DNA from: Minisyncoccia bacterium
GTDB taxonomy: Bacteria; Patescibacteriota; Minisyncoccia; Phycocordibacterales; UBA918
Assembly: GCA_041738755.1 (NCBI GenBank)
Contig: JBGSPE010000003.1
Location: 62,602 to 126,601 of the forward strand
DNA: 64,000 nucleotides
Direction of reading: 5' to 3'
Shown here: positions 48,701 to 56,924 of the stretch, one piece after another
Layout: every line of letters starts with the position of its first letter
Numbering within the stretch: the first letter of the stretch is position 1
The notes under the pieces: model-generated
Databases searched by the model: none
The model's input: only the letters and a program-made list of their open reading frames with translations
What the model was told of the DNA's origin: nothing
Made by a program: the position numbers and the translations under genes

Positions 48701-51700
48701 TGGTGAACTAGTTGACCCATCCATCATTCGAATACCAAATAAGTCAGTGATGTTATAGTTCAAACTTGTGAGATTTATTTGATCGGACGTAACGTCAAAT
48801 TCTAAACCTTGAATATAAACACCCGTAATGCCTCCTACACCGACCCTTAAATCATTACCATTATCAGCAATCACTAAATCTGCAGTGGAACCAGAATTAA
48901 TTTTAAATCCATTATTTCCAAAACCAATTGAGCCTACGTCTCCTCCGTCACCATCATTAAATTGAATCAAGGTACTTGGTCCAGCGGTAGCAATATTATC
49001 GAGTCCGCCTTGGATCAAAAGACCTGAGCGATTGGCATTATTACCATCATTCAAAATAGCTGCCGCAAAGTCTGCCGCATCTGCAAAGACATTGAGGCGT
49101 GAGGTACCACCGGTACCACCAATTGAGAGATTGTCGGTGAGTGAGGTGAGGTAGGTGTTAGCACCTCCGTCAGTGAAGAGTGATGCTCCACCTGAGATTC
49201 CAAGTGTCGAAGTCGCCACCCAGTTAAACCCTGAGCCAGTGCTCTGGAGGACCATACCGTTTGAGCCGGTACTTGAGGCGTTGTCGACGAGGGCTCCGGT
49301 GATACGAACGCCGCCAGCGACTGTGAGACGTTGTGAGGGAGTGGTGGTTCCGATGCCCACGAGGCCACTGGCGTTAATACGGAGGCGTTCGGTAGCAGCG
49401 GTACTAAAGCCAAGTTGGTTGTTGGCTGCCGAAAACATTCCATTATCAGCGTCCAAATCGACACCGAAATCAACGTTAGTTGGACTACCTGCACTATCAG
49501 TAGTGTATCTAAAAGCTTCGATGATTCCAGAGGTATTATTATAATACAGACTACCATCACCAAAGTTAACACCCGATGAATCAATGACTAACATTTCAGT
49601 GCCTCCAGCTCGTACTGAAATTACATTTGAAGACTCTGCAGTAATTCCCGTATCAGCATCCCCTACAAAGCTAAGTCCGCCGGTACCGAGAGCCCCTTGA
49701 GCCAAGAAAAGTGTGTCCGTAAAGAGACCGCCGCCAGCAACGGTGAGAGCTTCACTTGGTGATGTGGTACCGATACCGATATTCCCGCTTGCATCAATGC
49801 GGAGACGTTCGGTACCGGCAGTTGCAAAACCGAGAATATCAGTAGAGGTACTAAACATACCGGTATCAGTATCTCCGCTAAATGAATACACAGGGGTAAC
49901 TGCACCACCTAGCTTACCAGGCGTAATTTTAAAACTTCCATCGATAAATGATCCTGGTAGATCGAAGCGAAGATCAGCTCCCCCATACACTTCAAAGTCT
50001 CCACCTTGAACATACAGATTCGTTATGTCAGCGCCGGCAGTTGAAATGCCACCGCCACTTAAAAACTGAGCAGCAATTGCTCCATCAACTGTCGCGACGA
50101 GAGCGCCAGAAGTGCGATAAAACCCAGTATCAGTATCAGCTGCAAAGGTAATAGACGGAGCACTAACAGTTCCTGTTGCTGCCCGAAACGCCCCTGTCAT
50201 CGCGACTGAACCATTAGCCAGGAAGTCTCCAGACCCGAAGCCAAGCGTACTGGTTGCTACCCAATTAAATCCAGAACCAGTGCTTTGGAGGACCATACCG
50301 TTTGAACCAGTACTTGAGGCGTTATCAACCAAGGCTCCCGTGATGCGGACACCGCCAGCGACGGTGAGACGTTGAGATGGGGTGGTGGTGCCAATCCCGA
50401 CAAAGCCATTACTATTTAATATAGTCAGGTCAGGTGCAATCAAATTTCCCACAGCTGAAAAACTCAAATTAGCATTTAACGATTGCCCAATCGAAGCACT
50501 ATCTGGAGTACCATCAGCGTCACTGATAAAGAGCAATTGCGCTACGTTCCCAACCCCAACATTATCATTTGTCGATAAAATAAAGTCGACCTGTCCAGTA
50601 TTTTTATGAATGTGCAATAGACCTTCAGGAGTAGTAGTACCGATGCCGACATTCCCACTCGCACCAATCGTCAATCGTTCAGTACCATTTGTACTAAATC
50701 CAATGAGTCCATAATCAGAACTGAACATACCACTACCACCAAAGTTAAACTGTGGTGCCGATTCGGTACTTGTTCCAAATGACTTAAACGCCACTGAATT
50801 CACACCTCCAGGATCAATAAAGGTTGAAACGTCAAAAAATCCAACTTCAAATTCGTTTAAAAATATTGACGGCACCCCGTTAGCGACCAGTCTTATTTCG
50901 CCCGCTAATTCACTCTCAATTCCAGTATCCGTATCTCCAGCAAACGAAATTCCTCCGGTACCGAGAGCCCCTTGAGCCAAGAAGAGAGTATCTGTCATGT
51001 CGACAGAGCCATCCGCGAAAAAGTCTCCGCCGCCTCCGCCAGAAATACCCAATGTCGACGTCGCCACCCAATTGAAGCCGGTGCCGGTACTTTGGAGGAC
51101 CTGTCCTGTAGTACCACTGGCATTATTGCTATCAAAGAGGGCTCCGGTGATACGGACGTTACCGGCAACTGTGAGACGCTGACTTGGAGTACTTGTCCCA
51201 ATTCCCACGTTGCCACCGCCCGAAATAGTCAAAATATTTGTATTTCCTCCAGCACCAATATTAAGATTACGACTTGATTGTGTTGAGTAGATAAATGCAT
51301 CTAAATTCCCTGATGTTTCAACTCCCATAAACAGATCGGGTCCGGCAACATTACCATGATCAAACCTGATTTGATTGTTTGTAACATTAATTTTCGCACG
51401 ATCTTGATTCCCCAGGTCAGTCTGTACTGTAAACACCTCATTCCCCGTATCATCAAATACCGCCAATGCTCGAGCTTTAGAATCCTGAATGGTTAAAGTT
51501 CCAGGAGGTGATGTGGTGCCAATTCCAACATTTCCACTACTCAACAGAGATAAGGCTGGCGTTGAAGAAAGTCCACTTGCCGAAGCGTTGGTACCAAGGT
51601 AAATATTTTGTGCTCCCAAAAATAATTCGTTTCCAGTGTAAATTGCCGCGTCGTTCTCAACCGAAAAACCATTCATGACGTTGGTAAGCGTTGACAATGA

Positions 51701-53674
51701 TGAGTACTCACGAATGAAAAAATCTCCCGAACCACCAGCGCCCGCTGCCAGACGCAGTTCTGCGGCAGCAACAGTTCCATTTGTAGTATTTTGAATGCTC
51801 ACCCCTCGAGCAGTATTTCCTGTACCGACCACATGCAGCTGGGAAGTAGGACTTGAAGTCCCAATTCCCACCTCACCCGAGAGTCGCTCAATCGCAAAAA
51901 ATGGTGAATCATCAAAACTTGAGCCGGTATCAATTGAAAATGTATCTGTAGCCGCTCGGTAGCCCTGGATAATTTGAGGATTACCATTTGATAAAAAGCG
52001 CATAGCAGTGTCACCACTAGAAATATTATCGATATCCACTCCAGTAAATGAACCATTGGTTGAAATGAAGGTAGCTACGACAGCCTGATTATCAATAACT
52101 GTGAATTTTCTTTGTGGTGTACTTGTTCCAACCCCAACTCCCCCACCAGCGGTAACAAACACGCCCTCATCACCTCCATCACCAGATAACCAGTTTGAAC
52201 CAAGTGCAATGTTGGCAACTGTACCACTCATAGTAAGGGTTGATGAGAGTGTCGCAGCAGCCGCATTCACAGTACCAGTGAAGGTTGGTGAGTCAGAGAA
52301 GACCGAGAAGCCTGTGCCAGTTTCGTCAGAGAGTAACGCCGCAAGTTGAGCTGAGTTGGTAAATGAAGATGAGAAACCAAGTGTTGAAGTGGCTACCCAG
52401 TTAAACCCAGTACCAGTACTTTGAAGAACTGAGCCATTTGAGCCAGTTGAAGATGCGTTATCAACCAATGCTCCAGTGATGCGTACACCGCCAGCGATAG
52501 TGAGGCGTTGTGATGGAGTGGTGGTGCCGATACCAACAAAACCACTATTCACCACTCGCATCGCTTCAGTCGCTCCGTTGTTCCCCACTCCAAAAATAAT
52601 GGCATCGGTGGTTCCAACTCCGGTAGTTGAGCGTAGAGTCAGGGTTGAACCAACTGCCGTACCACCATTTACGAGCGGTGCAATAATCGAGGTAGTAAAG
52701 GTCGGAGTGGTTGAAAAAACAACGTTCCCAGTTCCAGTTTCATTAGTGATTGAACTAAGGAGTTGGGCTGAGGTAATACTGCTGGCTGCAGTACCGTACA
52801 GTGTTCCACTTGTCGGTAAGGTAAGCGTTGTAGCTGCAGTAGTGGTAAACGTTAAGTTATGGGCACCCGTTCGAGTAAAGGTATTAGCTCCAATAGTAAA
52901 GGCGCCAGGCAATACTGGAGTACCGGTGAATGTTGGTGACACAGAAAAAACAACATTCCCTGTGCCTGTCTCATCACCCAAGATGGCAGCGAGTTTGGCA
53001 GAGGTATCAATACTTGTCGTACCAAAGAGTCCCAAGGTTGAAGTTGATACCGTCAATACTCCACCCGTATTTGTAAGTCCTGTACCTGTTAAATCAGTGA
53101 AATTCTCACCGTTGATAACGAGGTTGGTCGTGGTAGCAGTCTGTGACGTGAGATTTGTAATGCTTGAAGAGGCGCTTGAGATTAAACCGCCAGTGAAGGT
53201 GAGAAGACCTGAAGCGGTATCTGCTTGATCTGAACGGAGGAAAGACGTAGATGCGACACCACCAACTCTTTGGGCTTCAAAGGCGGCTGGTACGGTTCCA
53301 AATGGTTTCCGAGGGACCATCTCGCCATCACCTTCAACATTGATAGAGAGAAAGAGCGGTTGATTGAAATCAACCGAAGAGAGTGGCGTGGTTGAACCAA
53401 GCATGATTGAAAAGAGACCGTTCACGACAGACACTTCATTGGCACCAGTTAGTGTCTCAGTCCAGAGAAGTGTACCGCCCGTCACTGCCGTATAGAGACG
53501 GAACTCCATGGCGTATGGGCCGTCGGCGACAGCGAGTCCGGTGGGGTCAGTGAGCTTACCTTGGTAGTTGATGGTGGGGGTGGGTTGGGCCAAGGTATTC
53601 GAAATAAAAACAACATTGCTCACGAGCAACGTGGCAAAGACAAATCCTGTGATGAGGCGCAGTGACTTCATCAT
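45743..53674 (-). CDS. Giant secreted fibre-like protein (2643 aa) with repeated 'GNVGIGTT(T/S)P...LTVAGGVRITGAL' modules, a possible auto-chaperone-like region, and a Pro/Glu-rich C-terminus
   Basis: Signal peptide 'LITGFVFATLLVSNVVFISNTLA'. >4 near-identical ~50-aa modules 'GIGTTTPSQRLTVAGGVRITGALVDNASSTGSNG(M/S)VLQSTG(S/T)GFNWVATSTLG'. C-terminal 'NSDLAEMYFSS' region. Final ~90 aa 'PEPEPEPEPELTPEPEPLPTP'. Confidence 0.7.
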   Translation of the reverse strand: MMKSLRLITGFVFATLLVSNVVFISNTLAQPTPTINYQGKLTDPTGLAVADGPYAMEFRLYTAVTGGTLLWTETLTGANEVSVVNGLFSIMLGSTTPLSSVDFNQPLFLSINVEGDGEMVPRKPFGTVPAAFEAQRVGGVASTSFLRSDQADTASGLLTFTGGLISSASSSITNLTSQTATTTNLVINGENFTDLTGTGLTNTGGVLTVSTSTLGLFGTTSIDTSAKLAAILGDETGTGNVVFSVSPTFTGTPVLPGAFTIGANTFTRTGAHNLTFTTTAATTLTLPTSGTLYGTAASSITSAQLLSSITNETGTGNVVFSTTPTFTTSIIAPLVNGGTAVGSTLTLRSTTGVGTTDAIIFGVGNNGATEAMRVVNSGFVGIGTTTPSQRLTIAGGVRITGALVDNASSTGSNGSVLQSTGTGFNWVATSTLGFSSSFTNSAQLAALLSDETGTGFSVFSDSPTFTGTVNAAAATLSSTLTMSGTVANIALGSNWLSGDGGDEGVFVTAGGGVGVGTSTPQRKFTVIDNQAVVATFISTNGSFTGVDIDNISSGDTAMRFLSNGNPQIIQGYRAATDTFSIDTGSSFDDSPFFAIERLSGEVGIGTSSPTSQLHVVGTGNTARGVSIQNTTNGTVAAAELRLAAGAGGSGDFFIREYSSLSTLTNVMNGFSVENDAAIYTGNELFLGAQNIYLGTNASASGLSSTPALSLLSSGNVGIGTTSPPGTLTIQDSKARALAVFDDTGNEVFTVQTDLGNQDRAKINVTNNQIRFDHGNVAGPDLFMGVETSGNLDAFIYSTQSSRNLNIGAGGNTNILTISGGGNVGIGTSTPSQRLTVAGNVRITGALFDSNNASGTTGQVLQSTGTGFNWVATSTLGISGGGGGDFFADGSVDMTDTLFLAQGALGTGGISFAGDTDTGIESELAGEIRLVANGVPSIFLNEFEVGFFDVSTFIDPGGVNSVAFKSFGTSTESAPQFNFGGSGMFSSDYGLIGFSTNGTERLTIGASGNVGIGTTTPEGLLHIHKNTGQVDFILSTNDNVGVGNVAQLLFISDADGTPDSASIGQSLNANLSFSAVGNLIAPDLTILNSNGFVGIGTTTPSQRLTVAGGVRITGALVDNASSTGSNGMVLQSTGSGFNWVATSTLGFGSGDFLANGSVAMTGAFRAATGTVSAPSITFAADTDTGFYRTSGALVATVDGAIAAQFLSGGGISTAGADITNLYVQGGDFEVYGGADLRFDLPGSFIDGSFKITPGKLGGAVTPVYSFSGDTDTGMFSTSTDILGFATAGTERLRIDASGNIGIGTTSPSEALTVAGGGLFTDTLFLAQGALGTGGLSFVGDADTGITAESSNVISVRAGGTEMLVIDSSGVNFGDGSLYYNNTSGIIEAFRYTTDSAGSPTNVDFGVDLDADNGMFSAANNQLGFSTAATERLRINASGLVGIGTTTPSQRLTVAGGVRITGALVDNASSTGSNGMVLQSTGSGFNWVATSTLGISGGASLFTDGGANTYLTSLTDNLSIGGTGGTSRLNVFADAADFAAAILNDGNNANRSGLLIQGGLDNIATAGPSTLIQFNDGDGGDVGSIGFGNNGFKINSGSTADLVIADNGNDLRVGVGGITGVYIQGLEFDVTSDQINLTSLNYNITDLFGIRMMDGSTSSPSFSFSGDTNTGMFRGGTDILGFSTAGTERLRIDASGNVGIGTTTPSQLLTVAGNANVTGTLSGVTGDFTGEFNFGGAAYISSVGLARLSTSLANAPAFSFENDTDTGMFGGTNTLGFSVGGTSRMLIDSSGNIGIGTTTLSSRLTVAGDINLTTGSIVRYNGDGLLSANDVNYNVAFGLNEFNDMHSGVTGSNNAFFGISAGGSVTSGDGNVLFGKSAGFSLTTESNNTYIGTDAGVFASTGDFNIALGTSALRDTLADYTIAIGQSAGTDSEGTENIFIGNFAGAGVTGNNNIFLGDNTGSNTSTGSNNILIGDNIELPTSGTSNFLSLGNALYGNLTTGNIGLGTTSPSSRLALQVDSLTGTGTAALQQWITTTNSSNGALQYGNFFNLDANNTATTTIIGSIFRVEDDTIFGNTVRGLEIQTNRGSNTQGENTAISGTGRTFGVRGITEGDAGGVLAPAGGFFQTRGTTQGNAIRGFSSSITSATLMSLFQDTSTFTGTGLELNFGNSGGSFSSTTSRFVDFRNTNTSVFNVTAYGTTTIGDGTNMAGLQIGRGGICVDNDGACIASVQGRIASVSQFTGNSDLAEMYFSSQSLETGEIVSLDGELSVVRADEGTDPIIGVVSTKPGVLMGADDESTRAGETAYPIALSGRVPIQLSTENGPIKKGDQLTLSSLPGVAMKATATGTVVGIALEDFDSSRKYSRTFINQFGDDLVDPVYQPITDPNDPRVHDGCYYGGGADNGSPCVPLNGESMIEQINSANQVLADQSVAEQLAGLAGTPSETRDVNGQSVQVGQIVMFVDLSYRFIGETQAASLASLMSTSSVQTVGENIDETLFDRLVSLAQGFVDGILQVAGIKTNRIEVKEELCVDGVCIDANDLRQLLDNNNIDGTPAPVQPEPTPESEPPNPPAEPTDEESVDETSGGGGQSGEGGPPEPSVEPPVEPVVPEPEPTPEPLPEPEPEPEPELTPEPEPLPTPSEPTS

Positions 53675-54429
53675 GGCGATTGTTGATTAAGTGGAACAGT
53701 GATGACAGGAATTTCAGCGCCGATGATTTCGCTCTGCCCATTCACTTGACTCACGAATTTCTGCCCTGAAGCATCGGTGCGAATGACAATCCGATCAGAA
53801 AATAAATCTTGTAACTCTAGTAATTCACCTTCACTCAGCTGTGATGGGAGTAGCAAAATTCCTTCCGTACTCGACGCAAAGCTTCGTACCTGATCAGGTA
53901 CTGTTTTGAAATCTGCGGTATAGACGTCTGCTTCTGGTGTTGATGCAAGAGTGGTCACCACCGGAGGTGCAGGCGTCACATCAGTGGCCAAGAGTGAAAG
54001 TGACGAGACTTTGGTACTGGCTACCTGGACCTCAGGATTGGTGAGTTGTGAGAAGGTATTCTCAAACAAGTACCCGCTAAAGAGTCCAAGGAAGACTGCC
54101 GCTGCCACGACCACTTTGGTGCGATTGGCTTTGACTCGGTGCGCCTTTGCTCGAGCTACCTTTCTTTGCGTCACCTCTTCTCGCAATGAGCGTTCCTGTT
54201 TTCTTTCTTCACTCAGTTTTTGTTTTCGGATGGATTGCTCAATCTCCATGATGGATTCGTAGTGCTTGAGTGACTCAACGTCGATGTACCACTGGCGGCC
54301 AATGTGGCTGGCGACGATTTTCCCCTCCCGAGCAAGTCTGGTGATGTAGTCACTTGAGTAACTGACGAGCGCGGTGGCTGACTTTATGCTGTGGAGTTTT
54401 TTGCCGTCGATTTCAAGAACCTTTGCCAT
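53671..54429 (-). CDS. Membrane-tethered HTH protein (excisionase/MerR-type HTH_17-like N-terminus, single TM, ~130-aa extracytoplasmic C-terminus), paralog 1
   Basis: 'HSIKSATALVSYSSDYITRLAREGKIVASHIGRQWYIDVESL', then a Lys/Arg/Glu-rich helix, TM 'VVVAAAVFLGLFSGYLF'. Its stop overlaps the giant gene start (ATGA at 53671-53674). Confidence 0.6.
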   Translation of the reverse strand: MAKVLEIDGKKLHSIKSATALVSYSSDYITRLAREGKIVASHIGRQWYIDVESLKHYESIMEIEQSIRKQKLSEERKQERSLREEVTQRKVARAKAHRVKANRTKVVVAAAVFLGLFSGYLFENTFSQLTNPEVQVASTKVSSLSLLATDVTPAPPVVTTLASTPEADVYTADFKTVPDQVRSFASSTEGILLLPSQLSEGELLELQDLFSDRIVIRTDASGQKFVSQVNGQSEIIGAEIPVITVPLNQQSP

Positions 54430-54494
54430 ACTGTTGTAACTTTAATTATAAAGCTAAAACGGGAAAAACTGGCAGGCAAAATGTGTATAAAAAA

Positions 54495-55427
54495 CTACGG
54501 GAGAAGGAGTAAAATATTTGCGAGTGCAACGTTCAAGCTTGAGTCATACTCACTACCTGAAGCAGAGATTTCTAAGTTGGTTGCCAAAAGTCCAAAACTT
54601 ACAAGGAAGGCACCGACGACCGCTAAGGCTGGTACTAAGAGACTGGTTTTTGTCGCTGGTTGTTGTGTCCGTGTTTTTGAAACAGTTGCTTTTGGAATAT
54701 TACCAGGGGTAAAAGATGTCGGAACGGTAGATTGTGCGTGAGTGCTTAGTGATTGTACAGACGGCGTTACTGAATGTCTTTGTACCTGGGGTTGAATTGG
54801 GCGCTTAACGGCTACTCCCGGACGTCGTGGGCGTATCATCACGGCTTTTTTAGCCACTGCAGGGGCAATGACTGGTATTTCCTCAGGGATTACAGGCGTT
54901 TCTTCTTCATCTGAGATATCAGCAATTACCAAAGTTCCTGACAACGCTACCTCAGGCAACGGTTCAGGCTTGAAATTAGTAGGTTTTTTATTCTCAGTAC
55001 TGATTTTAACCTTTTCTGAATCAGCGATATTGACGTTGAGCCGAGTTGGCTTGGAGTGCTTCTTCACACTCGGCATGAGTGACTGATCGTCTTCTTCGTA
55101 GGAAACCTCAGTCCGTGAATCTAACCCGTTTTGACCGAGAACGATTCTGGCTGTTTTATTTTTCAGATATGGTTCTACGGCTACCCGAGATACGTAGTTT
55201 TTACTTACTACTTTCTCTGTTATCTCGGATTCGTTAGTAGTCTTGTACTTACCATCTCGGTGCTCAATGAGTGAATCTTCGTGTATATACCATGCTCGAC
55301 CGACTAATCTCGCGTCGACTTTTTTAGCTCGAGCGAGCTGCCCGAGATAATCAGGAGTGTAGCGATATTTTAAAGCCAAGCTGGTAGCTTTAATATATTC
55401 TCGGCCATGAAAAGTAACTGCGTCCAT
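54495..55427 (-). CDS. Membrane-tethered HTH protein, paralog 2 (same N-terminal domain, long Pro-rich linker, TM near the C-terminus)
   Basis: 'EYIKATSLALKYRYTPDYLGQLARAKKVDARLVGRAWYIHEDSL'; TM 'LLVPALAVVGAFLVSFGLLATNL'. ATG at 55427 preferred over the TTG at 55433. Confidence 0.6.
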   Translation of the reverse strand: MDAVTFHGREYIKATSLALKYRYTPDYLGQLARAKKVDARLVGRAWYIHEDSLIEHRDGKYKTTNESEITEKVVSKNYVSRVAVEPYLKNKTARIVLGQNGLDSRTEVSYEEDDQSLMPSVKKHSKPTRLNVNIADSEKVKISTENKKPTNFKPEPLPEVALSGTLVIADISDEEETPVIPEEIPVIAPAVAKKAVMIRPRRPGVAVKRPIQPQVQRHSVTPSVQSLSTHAQSTVPTSFTPGNIPKATVSKTRTQQPATKTSLLVPALAVVGAFLVSFGLLATNLEISASGSEYDSSLNVALANILLLLP

Positions 55428-55443
55428 ACTCAAGTAGTGTATC

Positions 55444-55470
55444 AGAAAAACCCCTCTTGCAAGGGGCCCT
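55444..55470 (-). terminator. Rho-independent terminator downstream of gatB, ~20 nt before the start of HTH paralog 2
   Basis: Minus strand: CCCCU-UGCAAG-AGGGG followed by UUUUUCUGAU. Confidence 0.5.
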
Positions 55471-55494
55471 TACTAACGAAACCGGGTATTACTT

Positions 55495-56916
55495 TTATGC
55501 AGCTGCCAAGGCCTCTTCTAGAGCGGATTTGAGTGTCTCAGGGTTGGCTGAGCCTCTGGTACGCTTCATTCCTTGCCCAACCAAGAATTGGATGGCTGTC
55601 ACCTTGCCAGCTTTATACTCAGCGACCACTTCAGGATGATCTTTAAGGATTGTGACGATGATATCAGTGAGCGCCGAAACATCCGATATCTGTAGCAAAT
55701 TCCTAGCCGTAGCGAGTTCACGTGGACCAGTGTTTGAACCAAATAACTCCGGGAGTATATCCTTCCCGACTCGTGAGTTAATTTCATTTTTCACAAGCAT
55801 GGTCGCGAGCTCAAGGAAGTGTTCAGCTTTCATATGTGCAAGCATTTTTCCTTCACTGGTCATTAAGGCAACCACGTCAGACGTAAGGTAATTAGCAGCG
55901 AGCTTAAGTACCGCCGTGTCTTCCTCATTCGCAATAGATACTACGGATTGGAAGTACGTATCAATCTCAAGATTACCCATGAGAGTATCAATTATGTCAC
56001 TCGTTAATCCGAGATTTCTATACTCTTCCCTCTTAATACTTGGTAATTTAGGCATTATCTCGGCTAGACGAGCGCTTGAAAATTGCTCATGTTCGCTGAC
56101 AATAATCTTTGGAATGTCTGGGTCTGGGAAGTAGCGGTAGTCTTTGGCGGTCTCTTTTGAACGCTGCGAGAACGTGGTCAGCTTGTTCTCATTCCAACCT
56201 CTCGTCTCCTGCTTCACTTCTTCACCCGCTTCAATCAGTGCAATCTGTCTTTCAATCTCGTAGGCGATTGCTCCCTCCACTGACTTGAACGAATTGAGAT
56301 TCTTCACTTCTACCTTGGTACCAAAGTTGTCAGGGTCCGCTGACACTGAGATGTTAGCTTCGACCCGCATCTCTCCCCGCTCCATGTTGGCGTCACTGAT
56401 GCCAAGCGTCCGAAGGAGGATTTGCAACTCTCTTGCAAATGCCCCAGCGGTCTTCGCGTCATGGATGACCGGCTCAGTGACAAGTTCCATTAAGGGGACT
56501 CCCGCTCGGTTGAAATCAACGAGGCTTCCGTCCACTCTATCGTGAACGCTTCGAGCGGTGTCTTCTTCGAGATGAACTCGTGTAAGCTCAACTCCTTCCA
56601 ACATACCGCCAGTCAAAAATGGCCACGCGTACTGACTGATCTGATACGCCTTCGGGATGTCAGGATAAAAATAATTCTTCCGATCAAACTCAGAGTAGTT
56701 GGCAGCAGTTGCTCCAACCGCTTGTCCGAAGAGAAGCACTTTTTCAATCGCTGATTCATTAGGGACTGGTAAGGTGCCGGGATGAGCGAGACAAATCGGA
56801 CACGTATGTGTGTTTGGCTCACCACCATGGGGGTCATTTTTACAACCGCAGAACATTTTGCTCTTGGTCTTTAGCTCGGCATGAACCTCTAAGCCGATTG
56901 TTGGTGTGTACTTCAT
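55495..56916 (-). CDS. gatB: Asp-tRNA(Asn)/Glu-tRNA(Gln) amidotransferase subunit B
   Basis: Start at 'MKYTPTIGLEVHAELKTKSKMFCGC...'; the track N-extension is probably not used. GatB/GatE catalytic and YqeY-like tail domains. Confidence 0.85.
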   Translation of the reverse strand: MKYTPTIGLEVHAELKTKSKMFCGCKNDPHGGEPNTHTCPICLAHPGTLPVPNESAIEKVLLFGQAVGATAANYSEFDRKNYFYPDIPKAYQISQYAWPFLTGGMLEGVELTRVHLEEDTARSVHDRVDGSLVDFNRAGVPLMELVTEPVIHDAKTAGAFARELQILLRTLGISDANMERGEMRVEANISVSADPDNFGTKVEVKNLNSFKSVEGAIAYEIERQIALIEAGEEVKQETRGWNENKLTTFSQRSKETAKDYRYFPDPDIPKIIVSEHEQFSSARLAEIMPKLPSIKREEYRNLGLTSDIIDTLMGNLEIDTYFQSVVSIANEEDTAVLKLAANYLTSDVVALMTSEGKMLAHMKAEHFLELATMLVKNEINSRVGKDILPELFGSNTGPRELATARNLLQISDVSALTDIIVTILKDHPEVVAEYKAGKVTAIQFLVGQGMKRTRGSANPETLKSALEEALAAA

Positions 56917-56924
56917 AATGTGTG

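Noticed and set aside
38926-53400. Numerous 60-250-aa plus- and minus-strand ORFs inside the two giant genes (for example 41223..41768, 42393..42818, 49155..49544, 52476..53228, 49051..49584)
   Set aside because: They are shadow ORFs in alternative frames of highly repetitive, low-stop-codon coding sequence; they overlap long ORFs that carry a signal peptide and coherent repeat architecture.
38588-53674. Periodic ~135-bp repeats considered as a possible CRISPR array
   Set aside because: The repeats are in-frame protein repeats inside continuous >7-kb ORFs; unit lengths and spacing are unlike CRISPR repeat/spacer organisation and no cas genes are nearby.
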